A stretch of 64,000 bases of DNA, taken from the NCBI GenBank assembly GCA_963842855.1, contig CAWJHW010000002.1, positions 203,187 through 267,186 of the forward strand, read 5' to 3'. Under the pieces are notes generated by a model. That model searched no databases and was not told the DNA's origin. It saw nothing but the letters and a program-made list of their open reading frames with translations. This DNA comes from an uncultured Methylomirabilota bacterium (GTDB taxonomy: Bacteria; Methylomirabilota; Methylomirabilia; Methylomirabilales; 2-02-FULL-66-22). The position numbers were made by a program, and so were the translations under genes. Below are positions 51,430 to 60,431 of this stretch, one piece after another (position 1 is the stretch's first letter; the number at the start of each line of letters is the position of its first letter).

Positions 51430-52434
51430 ATGCCGCGTGGCCCACGCCTCGATGCCTCCGGGGTCCTCCACCACGTAGTGGCCCGGGGACTGGATCGACA
51501 GACGATCTTCCGGGACGACCGAGATCGAGACGAATTCGTGCGCCGGGTGGCAGGCCTGGTCGAGGTAGGGGCGCTCACGGTCTACGCGTGGGCCCTCCTC
51601 CCAAACCATTTCCATCTCTTGGTCCGGACGGGCGCCCGCCCCCTCGCCCGGAGCATGCGGTCCCTCCTCACGGGGTACGCGGGTGTCTTCAACCGCCGCC
51701 ATAGGCGGACCGGCCACCTCTTCCAGAACCGGTACAAGTCCATCGTCGTCGAGGAGGAGCCCTATTTTCTCGAACTGGTCCGCTACCTCCACCTGAATCC
51801 GCTCCGGCCCGGGGTCGTGCCAGGCCTCCGTGCCCTCGCGAAGTACGCCTACTGCGGCCACGCGGCCCTTTGTGGGATTCGGGAGATTCCGTGGCAGGAT
51901 ACCACTACCGTACTGGGCCGCTTCAGCCGGCAGGCGAGGCGGGCTGAAGCTCAGTATCGCGCCTTCGTCACCGCGGGAGTGCCTCAGGGCCGCCGTCCGG
52001 ACCTTCAGGGAGGCGGACTCCTGCGGAGTGTGGGCGGTTGGCTGGCGGTGGAGGCCCTCCGCCGGGGCCGGGAGGCGTACGCCGCCGACGAACGAGTTTT
52101 GGGCGGGACGGAGTTCGTCGAGACATTGCGGGCGGAGGCGGAGCGTACCGAGCGGCGGCGCGCCCGGTTTGACGCGCGAACGCCCGACCTCGCCACACTC
52201 CTCCGCCAGGTCGCTGCGACAGCACATGTCCCCCCGGCCGCCCTGACGGGTGGTGGGCGGTCCCGCACCCTCGCCCGGGCCCGCGATGGGCTCGCGTACC
52301 TCTGGGTGGAGGTCCTCGGGCGGAGCGGCCGCAGCCTGGCCCGGGCGCTGGCCCTCCAGCCCATGTCGGTGTACCGGGCCGCCCGGCGCGGGCGAGACCA
52401 TCGGGTAGAGTGGGATCGTTTGGTGCCACGGTAA
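51430..52434 (+). CDS. REP-associated tyrosine transposase-like protein (Y1 HUH, IS200-like fold) with a C-terminal helix-turn-helix extension
   Basis: HUH motif LPNHFHLLV and catalytic-Tyr region GHLFQNRYKS. Flanked by inverted repeats. Confidence 0.8.
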   Translation: MPRGPRLDASGVLHHVVARGLDRQTIFRDDRDRDEFVRRVAGLVEVGALTVYAWALLPNHFHLLVRTGARPLARSMRSLLTGYAGVFNRRHRRTGHLFQNRYKSIVVEEEPYFLELVRYLHLNPLRPGVVPGLRALAKYAYCGHAALCGIREIPWQDTTTVLGRFSRQARRAEAQYRAFVTAGVPQGRRPDLQGGGLLRSVGGWLAVEALRRGREAYAADERVLGGTEFVETLRAEAERTERRRARFDARTPDLATLLRQVAATAHVPPAALTGGGRSRTLARARDGLAYLWVEVLGRSGRSLARALALQPMSVYRAARRGRDHRVEWDRLVPR

Positions 52435-52464
52435 TAAGGTTAATAAAGTTGCAACGTCCCCTAT
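52432..52464. repeat. right inverted repeat flanking the RAYT-like gene
   Basis: The reverse complement ataggggacgttgcaactttattaaccttatta matches the left copy at about 30/33. Overlaps the RAYT stop codon. Confidence 0.8.
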
Positions 52465-52479
52465 TCAGGAGGGAGGCAC

Positions 52480-53265
52480 ATGAGCGATCCGTCCGCGCGG
52501 CAGTTTGTCCACTGGAGCGCAGAACAGGGCTTGGCCACGCTGCTCGTGGACCGGCCGCCCCTGAACGCCCTCTCGTACCAGGCCAAAGAGGAAATCGCCG
52601 CCTGCCTGGAAGAGGTCGCGGGGGATGCGACGGTGCGCTGCCTCATCGTCTACGGCGCCGGCGGGCGGGCCTTTTCCGTCGGCTCGGACATCAAGGAGTT
52701 TCCCGAGGTGACGGCGCGGCGGCTCGGCCGGCAGCGCGCCGCCCATGAGCACGGGGTGTACAACCGGCTGGACTTCTTCCCCATCCCGACCATCGCCGCC
52801 ATCGAAGGCCACTGCCTGGGGGGCGGTCTGGAGTTGGCCCTGGCGTGCGATTTGCGCGTGGCCAGCGAAACGTCCAGGCTGGGCCTCCCCGAGGTGGCGC
52901 TGGGGGTGTTCCCTGCGGGCGGCGGCACGGAGCGCCTGCCCCGGCTGATCGGCGAGGCCCGCGCCCGCGAGCTGATCTACACCGGCCAGCCGGTGGACGC
53001 CGCCGAGGCGTGGCGGATCGGTCTGGTCAACCGGCTGGCCCCCGAGGGCCAGGCCCTCGCGGTGGCGCAGGAGCTGGGGCGGACGATCGCGGCCAGGCCC
53101 GCGGGAGCGCTGCGCACAGTCAAAGCCGTCATGGATCGCGGGCTCGCCATGGATCTCCTGCAGGCGCAGCAGGTCGCCATCGACGCCATCGGCGAACTGT
53201 TCCAGTCCGATGCCCTGCGGGAAGGGGTGACGGCGTTCCTCGAGAAGCGTGCGCCGAGGTTCTGA
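52480..53265 (+). CDS. enoyl-CoA hydratase/isomerase (crotonase family)
   Basis: RP..LNAL, GAGGRAFSVGSDI, GGGLELAL.CD and EA...GLVN motifs. Confidence 0.9.
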   Translation: MSDPSARQFVHWSAEQGLATLLVDRPPLNALSYQAKEEIAACLEEVAGDATVRCLIVYGAGGRAFSVGSDIKEFPEVTARRLGRQRAAHEHGVYNRLDFFPIPTIAAIEGHCLGGGLELALACDLRVASETSRLGLPEVALGVFPAGGGTERLPRLIGEARARELIYTGQPVDAAEAWRIGLVNRLAPEGQALAVAQELGRTIAARPAGALRTVKAVMDRGLAMDLLQAQQVAIDAIGELFQSDALREGVTAFLEKRAPRF

Positions 53266-53289
53266 GATGCCAGGAGGTGTTGCCGCAGG

Positions 53290-54162
53290 ATGGAACGTCG
53301 GGTAACCTGGCTTCAGGGGGTTCTGGGCCTCGGCCCGGGACGCATCCTGGACACCCTTGTCTTTCGTCCCCCGCATTCGCGAAAGGCGCCCGATTCGGCC
53401 CGACCTATGGGGGGGGCGCCGGCGACGTCCGGGCAGCCCGCCGAGGAGGCGAAGGATGCCAGGCTCGCCGATGTGGTCGCGGATATGGAGCGGGCCCGCG
53501 TGGACGCGAGCCTGGTGGTCCTCCACGAGGAGACGGACGACTTCTCCTGCCTTACCGCGCAACACCCGGGCCGTCTCTTCGGCCTGGCCCACTACGACTC
53601 GCTCTCGCCGCGCCGGGGACTGGAACGAGTGCGGGGTCTCTGCGACGACCATCCCGATCTGATCCTGGGGGTGACGAGCGGGATGCCCCGTTTTGGCCAG
53701 GACCCGCGGCTCAGGGAATTTGTCCCGCTCTACGAGTTCTGCATCGAGCGGGACCTGCCGGTCCAGTTCGATGCGGCGGAGGACGCGACCGGCGAGCGGG
53801 CCGCGCCGCCCGTGGCCTTCGGCGTCCTGGCGAAAACGTATCCACGGCTGAAAGTGGTGTGCCGCGATACCGGGAGCTGGCGTGGGGAGGCGCTCGCACT
53901 CCTCCACCGATTCCCCAACCTGTTCCTGCAAGTGGATGGGCCCTCCCTCCACCCCCTGCTCCGCGCGGCCGGCAGCCGCAAGCTGGTGTTCGGAAGTGAC
54001 TGGCGGGGCCGGGAGGCCAGGTACTTCGAGCGGGTGGAGGCCGTGCGTCGATTGCCGTGGCGGCACCGGCAGAACGTGGGCTGGCGCACCGCCGTCCGCG
54101 TCTACGGCCCGCGGCTCCTCTCCCGTCCGGCCCCCTTTGACTCGCAGCCATCACCGAGGTAA
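53290..54162 (+). CDS. amidohydrolase-2-like TIM-barrel protein (divergent)
   Basis: C-terminal VFGSDW and overall spacing resemble amidohydrolase 2. The N-terminal metal-site region is not obvious and the start is uncertain. Confidence 0.5.
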   Translation: MERRVTWLQGVLGLGPGRILDTLVFRPPHSRKAPDSARPMGGAPATSGQPAEEAKDARLADVVADMERARVDASLVVLHEETDDFSCLTAQHPGRLFGLAHYDSLSPRRGLERVRGLCDDHPDLILGVTSGMPRFGQDPRLREFVPLYEFCIERDLPVQFDAAEDATGERAAPPVAFGVLAKTYPRLKVVCRDTGSWRGEALALLHRFPNLFLQVDGPSLHPLLRAAGSRKLVFGSDWRGREARYFERVEAVRRLPWRHRQNVGWRTAVRVYGPRLLSRPAPFDSQPSPR

Positions 54163-54167
54163 AGAGT

Positions 54168-55628
54168 ATGCGCATCCTGCTGGCGTCTCCCGAGGTCGCC
54201 CCCTTCGCCAAGACCGGGGGTCTGGCCGACGTGGCGGGCGCCTTGCCCAAGGCCCTGGCGAAGATGGGGCACGACGTCCGGGTCGTCCTCCCCAAGCACC
54301 GGATGGTGGATGCCGCGAAGCATGGCCTGCGCCCGCGGCTGGCCTCGCTTCCTGTGCCGATGGCGGGCCGGATGGAGCAGGCTACCGTTTGGGAGGGGGC
54401 CATCGATTCCGCCCCGGTATATTTCGTCCAGCATGACGGCTACTACGACCGGGAGGCCCTCTACCAGACCAAGGAGGGGGACTACCCGGACAACCCCGAG
54501 CGGTTCGCCTTCTTCTCGCGGGCCATCCTGGAGATGATCCGGCCGCTGGATTTTGTTCCCGAGATCTTCCACTGCAACGACTGGCAGACCGGACTGGTCC
54601 CGACGTATCTCCGCACCACGCTCCAGGGGGTGCGCCAACTCCAGACGGCGGGCGTCCTGTTCACGGTCCACAACCTGGGATACCAGGGGCTGTTCCCGCC
54701 CGAGGCCCTGGCCGCCGCCAATCTGGGCCACGAGCTCTTCAACCCCTTCGGCATCGAGTTCTACGGGAAGGTGAACTTCCTGAAGGCGGGCCTGGTCTTC
54801 GCCGACCTCATCAACACCGTCAGCCGCAAGTACAGCCAGGAGATCCAGACGGAGGAGTTCGGCCACGGCCTGGAGGGCGTCCTGCGCGCCCGGGCCAAAG
54901 ATGTCCACGGCATCCTGAACGGCATCGACTACGACGAGTGGCACCCCACCCGGGATGCGTTCATCGCAGCCACGTTCTCGCGGGACGACCCTGCCGGGAA
55001 GGCGACCTGCAAGGCGGATCTCCAGCGGGCCTTCGGCCTGCCCCAGCGACCCGACGCCCCGCTCCTCGCCGTGATCTCGCGCCTGACGCCGCAGAAGGGC
55101 ATGGACCTCATGGCCAAAGCGCTGGACGCCCTGCCGGACCTGGATGCGCAGTTCGTCCTCCTCGGAACCGGGGACGCGGACCTGCACCAGGCCTTCCAAA
55201 GCGCCAGGGCACGACACCCGAGGCGGATCGGTTTGAAGCTGGGCTTCGATGTGGCCCTGTCCCACAAGATCGAGGCCGGGGCCGACATGTTCCTCATGCC
55301 CTCGCGGTACGAGCCCTGCGGCCTGAACCAGATGTACAGTCTGGCCTACGGGACGGTTCCCGTCGTCCGGGCCACGGGTGGCCTGGACGACACCATCCAG
55401 CCCTTCGATCCGGCCACGGGCGAAGGGACAGGATTCAAGTTCGCCGCGGCGACCTCCCAGGCGTTGCTGGAGACGCTGCGCACGGCCGTGGCGCTGTACC
55501 GGCAGCCCGATCGCTGGCGCCGCCTGGTCCGAAACGGCATGGCCTGCGACTTCTCCTGGGACCGATCCGCCACGGAGTACGTAGCGCTCTATCAACAGAT
55601 CGTCGCCCGGCGCACTGGAAGAGGCTGA
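54168..55628 (+). CDS. glgA: glycogen synthase (ADP-glucose type)
   Basis: E..PFAKTGGLADV, HCNDWQTGL, SR...QKG and PSR.EPCGL.QMY motifs. Confidence 0.95.
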   Translation: MRILLASPEVAPFAKTGGLADVAGALPKALAKMGHDVRVVLPKHRMVDAAKHGLRPRLASLPVPMAGRMEQATVWEGAIDSAPVYFVQHDGYYDREALYQTKEGDYPDNPERFAFFSRAILEMIRPLDFVPEIFHCNDWQTGLVPTYLRTTLQGVRQLQTAGVLFTVHNLGYQGLFPPEALAAANLGHELFNPFGIEFYGKVNFLKAGLVFADLINTVSRKYSQEIQTEEFGHGLEGVLRARAKDVHGILNGIDYDEWHPTRDAFIAATFSRDDPAGKATCKADLQRAFGLPQRPDAPLLAVISRLTPQKGMDLMAKALDALPDLDAQFVLLGTGDADLHQAFQSARARHPRRIGLKLGFDVALSHKIEAGADMFLMPSRYEPCGLNQMYSLAYGTVPVVRATGGLDDTIQPFDPATGEGTGFKFAAATSQALLETLRTAVALYRQPDRWRRLVRNGMACDFSWDRSATEYVALYQQIVARRTGRG

Positions 55629-55829
55629 GACCGGGAATCGGGCGGTCTGGCGACTCGCTATCTCCAGTCGTCCATCAGGTAATCGCGAGACTTCGTCGTC
55701 ACGGGGAGCGAACTGGTCGTTGACGGTGGCGTGACCGGCCGGTGAACCTGGAGGCGTTCCGGGGGGACAGGGGCGAAGCGCCCACGAGGCACCGGACGGC
55801 AAACCGGTGTCCGTGGCGCCAGCGTTCAG

Positions 55830-56099
55830 TCAGATGGTGGGAATGATGCCCCGCAGGCCTTCCAGGCGGGCGTACCCATCCCGGAGGCTCACCTGCGCCT
55901 GCAGGCCGAAACCGGCCCAGTACCGGACGATGGCCTGGGCCAGGCAGCGCTCGCTGCAAATGCTCGGGGTGCAGCTCGCCGGGTCGCCGGCCCGGGGGAC
56001 GGCGCTTCCGCAGACGCGACAGAGGCCGGGGAACTCCTCCGGCGTCGGCAGCGTGGACGCCCCGACCTCGTCCTCCACCTCGACCTTGACGGGCATCAT
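55830..56099 (-). CDS. hypothetical Cys-containing 89-aa protein
   Basis: ATG-ATG start after GGGAGAGAG; coding-like composition; no recognised domain. Confidence 0.3.
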   Translation of the reverse strand: MMPVKVEVEDEVGASTLPTPEEFPGLCRVCGSAVPRAGDPASCTPSICSERCLAQAIVRYWAGFGLQAQVSLRDGYARLEGLRGIIPTI

Positions 56100-56502
56100 C
56101 TCTCTCCCGACAGGATGATCCGATCTCCCCTGGCAGGTTGCGCGTCGCGTGCAGGAACGGAGACGTTCAGGGCCTCTCCGGCCAGGGGGTGGTTGAAATT
56201 CGGGGTGTGGATGCCCCGGGGCGTGTGATGCTTCGTCAGGATCGTCCCCGGGTCCCCCGCCATACGGCACCTCGGCGGTCACCCAACGCCCAGAGAAACG
56301 AAGCCCCCAAAGACCCTAGAGAGTCTTTGGGGGGTACTGCGCCGCGCAAAAACCGTCTATGGGCTTCGGGATCCGGCCCTCCGGATAACGCACGGTAGGC
56401 GAATGGGGACATTGTGTCAAGCAATTTCGGCGATGCCTTTCGGGTGGTGTGCCACGCCGAGGGCGCGATCCGTGCGGCCCGCCGGGTGGGGAACGGGGGG
56501 AG

Positions 56503-56958
56503 TTAGGCGGGATGCTCCCGGGCCCCCCGCCAGGTGACGACGCGTTCGGGAATGATCCGGACCAACGGGTTCTCCCCGAAGCCGGGCATCGTCCGGTACT
56601 GCGGGTACTTCTCACGAAGCAGAGCGTGGGCGCGATCCTGCTCCGAGCCCCCCTCCAGAATGTCCCCCCGGCCCGTGATCAGCACGTAGCAGAGGCGCCC
56701 CCAGTCCTCCTCGTAGTGGTCCACCACCAGGCTCACCCTCGAATTCTCGTGCAGGTTCTTCAGCCGGCGAAGCACGGACGGCGCCACTCGCTTCGGCTTG
56801 GCGTCGATCGGAGAATACAGGCAGGTCCCGTCGAAGACGAAGCACACGGGGATGACGTGGGGCTCGCCATCGGCCGAGGCGGTGGCCAGGTGCCCCACCC
56901 TCGCTTGTTGCAGGAACGCGCGGTCCCCGGGAAGAATTTCCAGCACGATTGATTCCAC
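56503..56958 (-). CDS. pyridoxamine 5'-phosphate oxidase-family (PPOX-class, probably F420- or FMN-dependent) protein
   Basis: A.L.....GHLAT...DG.PHV.PV.F split-barrel signature. Last gene of the F420 operon. Start is GTG 56958, or TTG 56985 inside the repeat. Confidence 0.7.
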   Translation of the reverse strand: MESIVLEILPGDRAFLQQARVGHLATASADGEPHVIPVCFVFDGTCLYSPIDAKPKRVAPSVLRRLKNLHENSRVSLVVDHYEEDWGRLCYVLITGRGDILEGGSEQDRAHALLREKYPQYRTMPGFGENPLVRIIPERVVTWRGAREHPA

Positions 56959-56959
56959 T

Positions 56960-57037
56960 GAAAACCGACCACGGACAACCGACAACCGGGCAGCGCCCTT
57001 CCGATTTCAATCGGCCGGCTGTTGGTGGTCGGTGGCC
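56960..57037. repeat. tandem-word hairpin element (CAACCGA / TCGGTTG words)
   Basis: Left arm gaaaaccgaccacggacaaccgacaaccgg, right arm ccggctgttggtggtcggtgg, with an inner mini-hairpin ccgatttcaatcgg. Confidence 0.75.
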
Positions 57038-57171
57038 AATTTTCCAATGCTGCCCAGGTGGCTCAGGCCCAGGCGCCGGCGACCTATTTCCCGCACCTCC
57101 GCCACCCTGGTTATCGCCGCCGAGGCCTCGGCCGGGCCGGCGCACACAAGGCCGAAGGGGGCCTGCGTCGT

Positions 57172-58596
57172 CTATCGGAAAAGGTCCCGGTCGGGCGAGC
57201 GGACCAGGGATCGGGCGTGGCCCTCGCCCGATCGGAAGCGGTAGCCGCGGATCAGGACGACGGGGATGCGCTCCAGCTTGCCCATGAGCAGCCCGGCTGC
57301 CGCCGCCAGCTCGTCCGCCACCGCCAGCTCCGTCACGCGCAGCAGGTGGCCGTGCGGATCCTGCTGGCCGATGTAACTCAGGAGCGGGCTCAGGCCGGCC
57401 GCCCCGATGGCCACGTTGGTCAGTCCCTCGCGCCAGGGACGGCCGAAGGTGTCGGACACGATCACACCCACCTCGGCGCCGTGCCGGTCCTCCAGGGCCT
57501 TGCGCAGTCGCGCCGCCGACCCATCCGGGTCCACCGGCAAAAGCGAGACCCGATCCTCCCCGGGAACGTTGGAGGCGTCCACCCCGGCGTTGGCGCAGAT
57601 GAAGCCGTGCGTCGTCTCGGCGATGATCACCCCCCGGTCCATCCGGACGATCCGCCGCGACTCTCGCAGGACCACTTCGATCTGCCGGGGATCCTTGCCC
57701 CAGGTCTCGGCGAACTCCCGGGCCAGCCCCGAGGGAACGACCTCCTTGAGCGACACCACCCGGCCCTCGGCCTTCGACAGGACTTTCTGTGCGACCACCA
57801 GAACATCCCCGGTGGCGAGGCCGACCCCCGCGCGCTCTGCAGCCTCGAGGATCAGACGGGCCAGATCGTCCCCCTCGGCCACCTCGGGAATGCCCGGGAG
57901 TCCCACCGCGGAGAGGGCCGGATTGCCGGGCGCTGCCAGGCGGTCCACCACCAGCGTTCCGAGCGCGGCGCGCGTCCTCGTCTCCCCGGGAAGCGCCAGG
58001 AACGCCCCCAGGTCCTCGGGCTCGTCGATGTCCACCGCCAGGCGGGCCACTCGGAGCATCCCCCAGCCAAGCCCCCGCGCCTCGGCCTCGCCCTTGTGCT
58101 TCCTGAAGCTGTCGAAACCGAACCGTGATGGGATGGCCTGGGGCGGCCGCCGCCAGATGGCGTTGGTCCCCTTCTCGTCCCGCGACGGCACCAAGAGGAC
58201 AGGCCGATCGGATTCACCCGCGGCCGACAGGACGGCGGCGATATCCTCCGTGCGAACGGCCGGGATGTCTGCGGGGATGGTCAGCACGGCCTCGAAACCC
58301 ATCTCGGCCAAAGCGCCCGAGGCGGCGTCCACCGAGCGACTTTCGGATCGCTGCTCCTGCTCGGGGAGGACCGTCCCTCCGTGCGCCCTGGCGATCCCCA
58401 TCGCCTCGGTGTCCGTCGTGGCCACAAAGACCCCGTCCACGAGGTTCCCGACCGCCGGCATGACGGCCGCCAGGACATCCTCCAGCATGAGGAGCGAGAG
58501 TCGCTGTCGGGCGGGCTGGTCCAGGAGGGCGGCCAGTCGTCCCTTCGCTCGGGCCGTGGACTTGACGGGGATGAGGATCGCGGTCCGCGGTCTCAC
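57172..58596 (-). CDS. fused CofC (2-phospho-L-lactate/PEP guanylyltransferase, FbiD-like) and CofE (F420-0:gamma-glutamyl ligase)
   Basis: The N-terminal roughly 210 aa read AILIPVK....AKGRL...L; the C-terminal roughly 250 aa read V.AQK..SKAEGR, ANAG.D.SN and SD..GRPWR.G..N.AIG. Confidence 0.85.
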   Translation of the reverse strand: MRPRTAILIPVKSTARAKGRLAALLDQPARQRLSLLMLEDVLAAVMPAVGNLVDGVFVATTDTEAMGIARAHGGTVLPEQEQRSESRSVDAASGALAEMGFEAVLTIPADIPAVRTEDIAAVLSAAGESDRPVLLVPSRDEKGTNAIWRRPPQAIPSRFGFDSFRKHKGEAEARGLGWGMLRVARLAVDIDEPEDLGAFLALPGETRTRAALGTLVVDRLAAPGNPALSAVGLPGIPEVAEGDDLARLILEAAERAGVGLATGDVLVVAQKVLSKAEGRVVSLKEVVPSGLAREFAETWGKDPRQIEVVLRESRRIVRMDRGVIIAETTHGFICANAGVDASNVPGEDRVSLLPVDPDGSAARLRKALEDRHGAEVGVIVSDTFGRPWREGLTNVAIGAAGLSPLLSYIGQQDPHGHLLRVTELAVADELAAAAGLLMGKLERIPVVLIRGYRFRSGEGHARSLVRSPDRDLFR

Positions 58597-59543
58597 AGCG
58601 CCTCCAGGAACTTCAACACCATCCGGGCCACGTGACGCTTCTCCTCGGGGCCGCGCATCACGATCGCTCCCGCCAGAACGCGAACGCCCAGGGCTTCGAT
58701 GCCAGCCGTCTCGCCCGCGTCCGCCGTGTCAATCAGCATCCCGTCCAGGCCATTCAGGGCAGAGTGATAGAGACGTGCCACCCCGAGGGGCGACACCTCG
58801 ACCTTGGCCCAGCGCAGGAACTTGTCGGTCGGTCCCTTCAGGGACTGGCCCCCGACCACGGGGCTCACCGCGACGACGGGTACCTGGACGGCGCGCAGGG
58901 CCTCGCGGATTCCCGGAACGGCCAGGATGGGCCCGATGCTGGCCACCGGATTGCTGGGCGCCAGGAAGATGGCCTCGGCCTCCCGGATGGCCGCCAGGAC
59001 CTCCGGGGTCGGGCGGGCGCGAGCGCTTCCCTGAAACTCGATTCCCCGGATCTCGTCGGCCGCTCTTCGCCGCACCAGGTACTCCTGGAAATGCATCGCG
59101 TGAACGGGACCATTGCCGACCAGGATGTAGGTCATGACCGGATCGTCGGTCATGGGCAGGATCCGCGCCCGGACGCCCAGGGCGCAGCGGATGGCGTCGG
59201 CGACCTCGGTCGGCCGTCGCCCCTGTCGCAAGGCCTGGGTGCGGAAGATGTGCGTCCCGAGATCCCGATCGCCCAGATTGAACCAGACAGGCCGGCCGTA
59301 TCGTTCCAGGACCTTCATGCACTCGAAGGTGTCCCCGGCGAACCCCCACCCCCTCTCCGAGTCCACGAGACCCGCCAGGGTGTACGTGACGATGTCGGGA
59401 TCCGGGCTGATCCGGAGCCCGTGCATCTCGATGTCGTCGCCGGTGTTGACGATGGCACAGAGAGACTCCTCGCCTACCTCCTGCGCCAGCCCCCACAGGA
59501 ACTTCGACCCGCCGACACCCCCGGCCAAAACCACGATGCGCAT
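58593..59543 (-). CDS. cofD: 2-phospho-L-lactate transferase (FbiA/CofD)
   Basis: VVLAGGVGGSKF..GL and NTGDD....GL.ISPD.D motifs. 4-nt overlap with the cofC::cofE start. Confidence 0.9.
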   Translation of the reverse strand: MRIVVLAGGVGGSKFLWGLAQEVGEESLCAIVNTGDDIEMHGLRISPDPDIVTYTLAGLVDSERGWGFAGDTFECMKVLERYGRPVWFNLGDRDLGTHIFRTQALRQGRRPTEVADAIRCALGVRARILPMTDDPVMTYILVGNGPVHAMHFQEYLVRRRAADEIRGIEFQGSARARPTPEVLAAIREAEAIFLAPSNPVASIGPILAVPGIREALRAVQVPVVAVSPVVGGQSLKGPTDKFLRWAKVEVSPLGVARLYHSALNGLDGMLIDTADAGETAGIEALGVRVLAGAIVMRGPEEKRHVARMVLKFLEAL

Positions 59544-59553
59544 GATCTTTCCT

Positions 59554-59635
59554 GGGCAATCCGGCAATCGGGCAACTCGGCAAACAGGAAATCCGGGTTC
59601 CTGAGACCTCCAAATCGCCCGATCGCCAGATTGCC
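59554..59635. repeat. tandem-word hairpin element (GGCAAnnn / nnnTCGCC-TTGCC words)
   Basis: Left arm gggcaatccggcaatcgggcaactcggcaaacagg, right arm aaatcgcccgatcgccagattgcc. Abuts the npdG stop codon with the same cagattgccTAG junction seen at thiE. Confidence 0.8.
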
Positions 59636-60300
59636 TAGTTGTCTTTCACCGTCTCAGAGATGCCGGTGATCCGGATTCCCGCGCCGCTGGCCCTGTAGCG
59701 CCGGTTGATCCCCAGCAGGAGAATCGTGAGGCTTTCGACCGCCCTGGCATTCCGCGCCGGCCCGGCGTCCACGCCGCGGAAGCCCAGCAACTCGGCCAGT
59801 CTGATCGCCTCCTGGCGGGCGCCGGCGTCGTCGCCGCAGACCAGGACGTCGCACGCACCCGCTTCTCCATGCTCCAGGTGGACGTGGGAGATGTTCTGGA
59901 AGGCCGCCACCACCCGCGTCTCGAGCCCGAGGAGCGTTTGCGCCTCCTCCGTGGCCGATCCCCCCAGCGGGACCCGCAGGTGCCGCGGCTTCTCGGGATC
60001 CACGGGGACCGTGACGTCCACCAGGACCTTCCCCCGAACCGCCTCCTGGATGTCCTTGAGGGTCGCTTCATGCGCGGCGTAGGGGACCGTGAGGACGACG
60101 ATCTCCCCGGACGCCGCGGCCTCGCGGTTCAGCATCCCGGTGGCGGCCGCACGCCCCGCCGCCCTGCTGATGGCCTCGGCCGCATTCACGGCGCGCTCCA
60201 TCACGCGCGAGCCGATGATCACCTCCTGGCCCGCGCGCGCCCAGCCCAGGGCCAGGCCGTACCCCTCCCTGCCGGTTCCCCCGATCACGGCGATCCGCAT
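59635..60300 (-). CDS. npdG: NADPH-dependent F420 reductase
   Basis: MRIAVIGGTG..G..LA......G..V.IGSR Rossmann N-terminus and family length; sits within the F420 operon. Confidence 0.8.
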   Translation of the reverse strand: MRIAVIGGTGREGYGLALGWARAGQEVIIGSRVMERAVNAAEAISRAAGRAAATGMLNREAAASGEIVVLTVPYAAHEATLKDIQEAVRGKVLVDVTVPVDPEKPRHLRVPLGGSATEEAQTLLGLETRVVAAFQNISHVHLEHGEAGACDVLVCGDDAGARQEAIRLAELLGFRGVDAGPARNARAVESLTILLLGINRRYRASGAGIRITGISETVKDN

Positions 60301-60347
60301 CCCGGCGTCTCCTAATACCTCAACCCGTTGTCTTCATCGGCACATTT

Positions 60348-60431
60348 CAATGACCAAATCCCAATGTCCAATGACCAATGCGTTCTCGGTTCCCGTTGGT
60401 CATTGGTCATTCGCCGGTCATTGGTCATTCC
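60348..60431. repeat. tandem-word hairpin element (GACCAAT / ATTGGTC words)
   Basis: Left arm caatgaccaaatcccaatgtccaatgaccaatgcg, right arm gttggtcattggtcattcgccggtcattggtcattcc. The right arm encodes the last codons and stop of cofH. Confidence 0.85.

Noticed and set aside
53290-53420. Loss of the N-terminal HxH metal site in the amidohydrolase-like protein (ILDTLVF where I would expect D.H.H).
   Set aside because: The start codon and the alignment are too uncertain to claim an inactivated enzyme from sequence reading alone.
56304-56333. 10-bp hairpin ccccaaagac/gtctttgggg as a terminator downstream of the PPOX gene.
   Set aside because: There is no clear U-tract on either strand and it lies about 170 nt from the stop codon. 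It is noted as a structure only.
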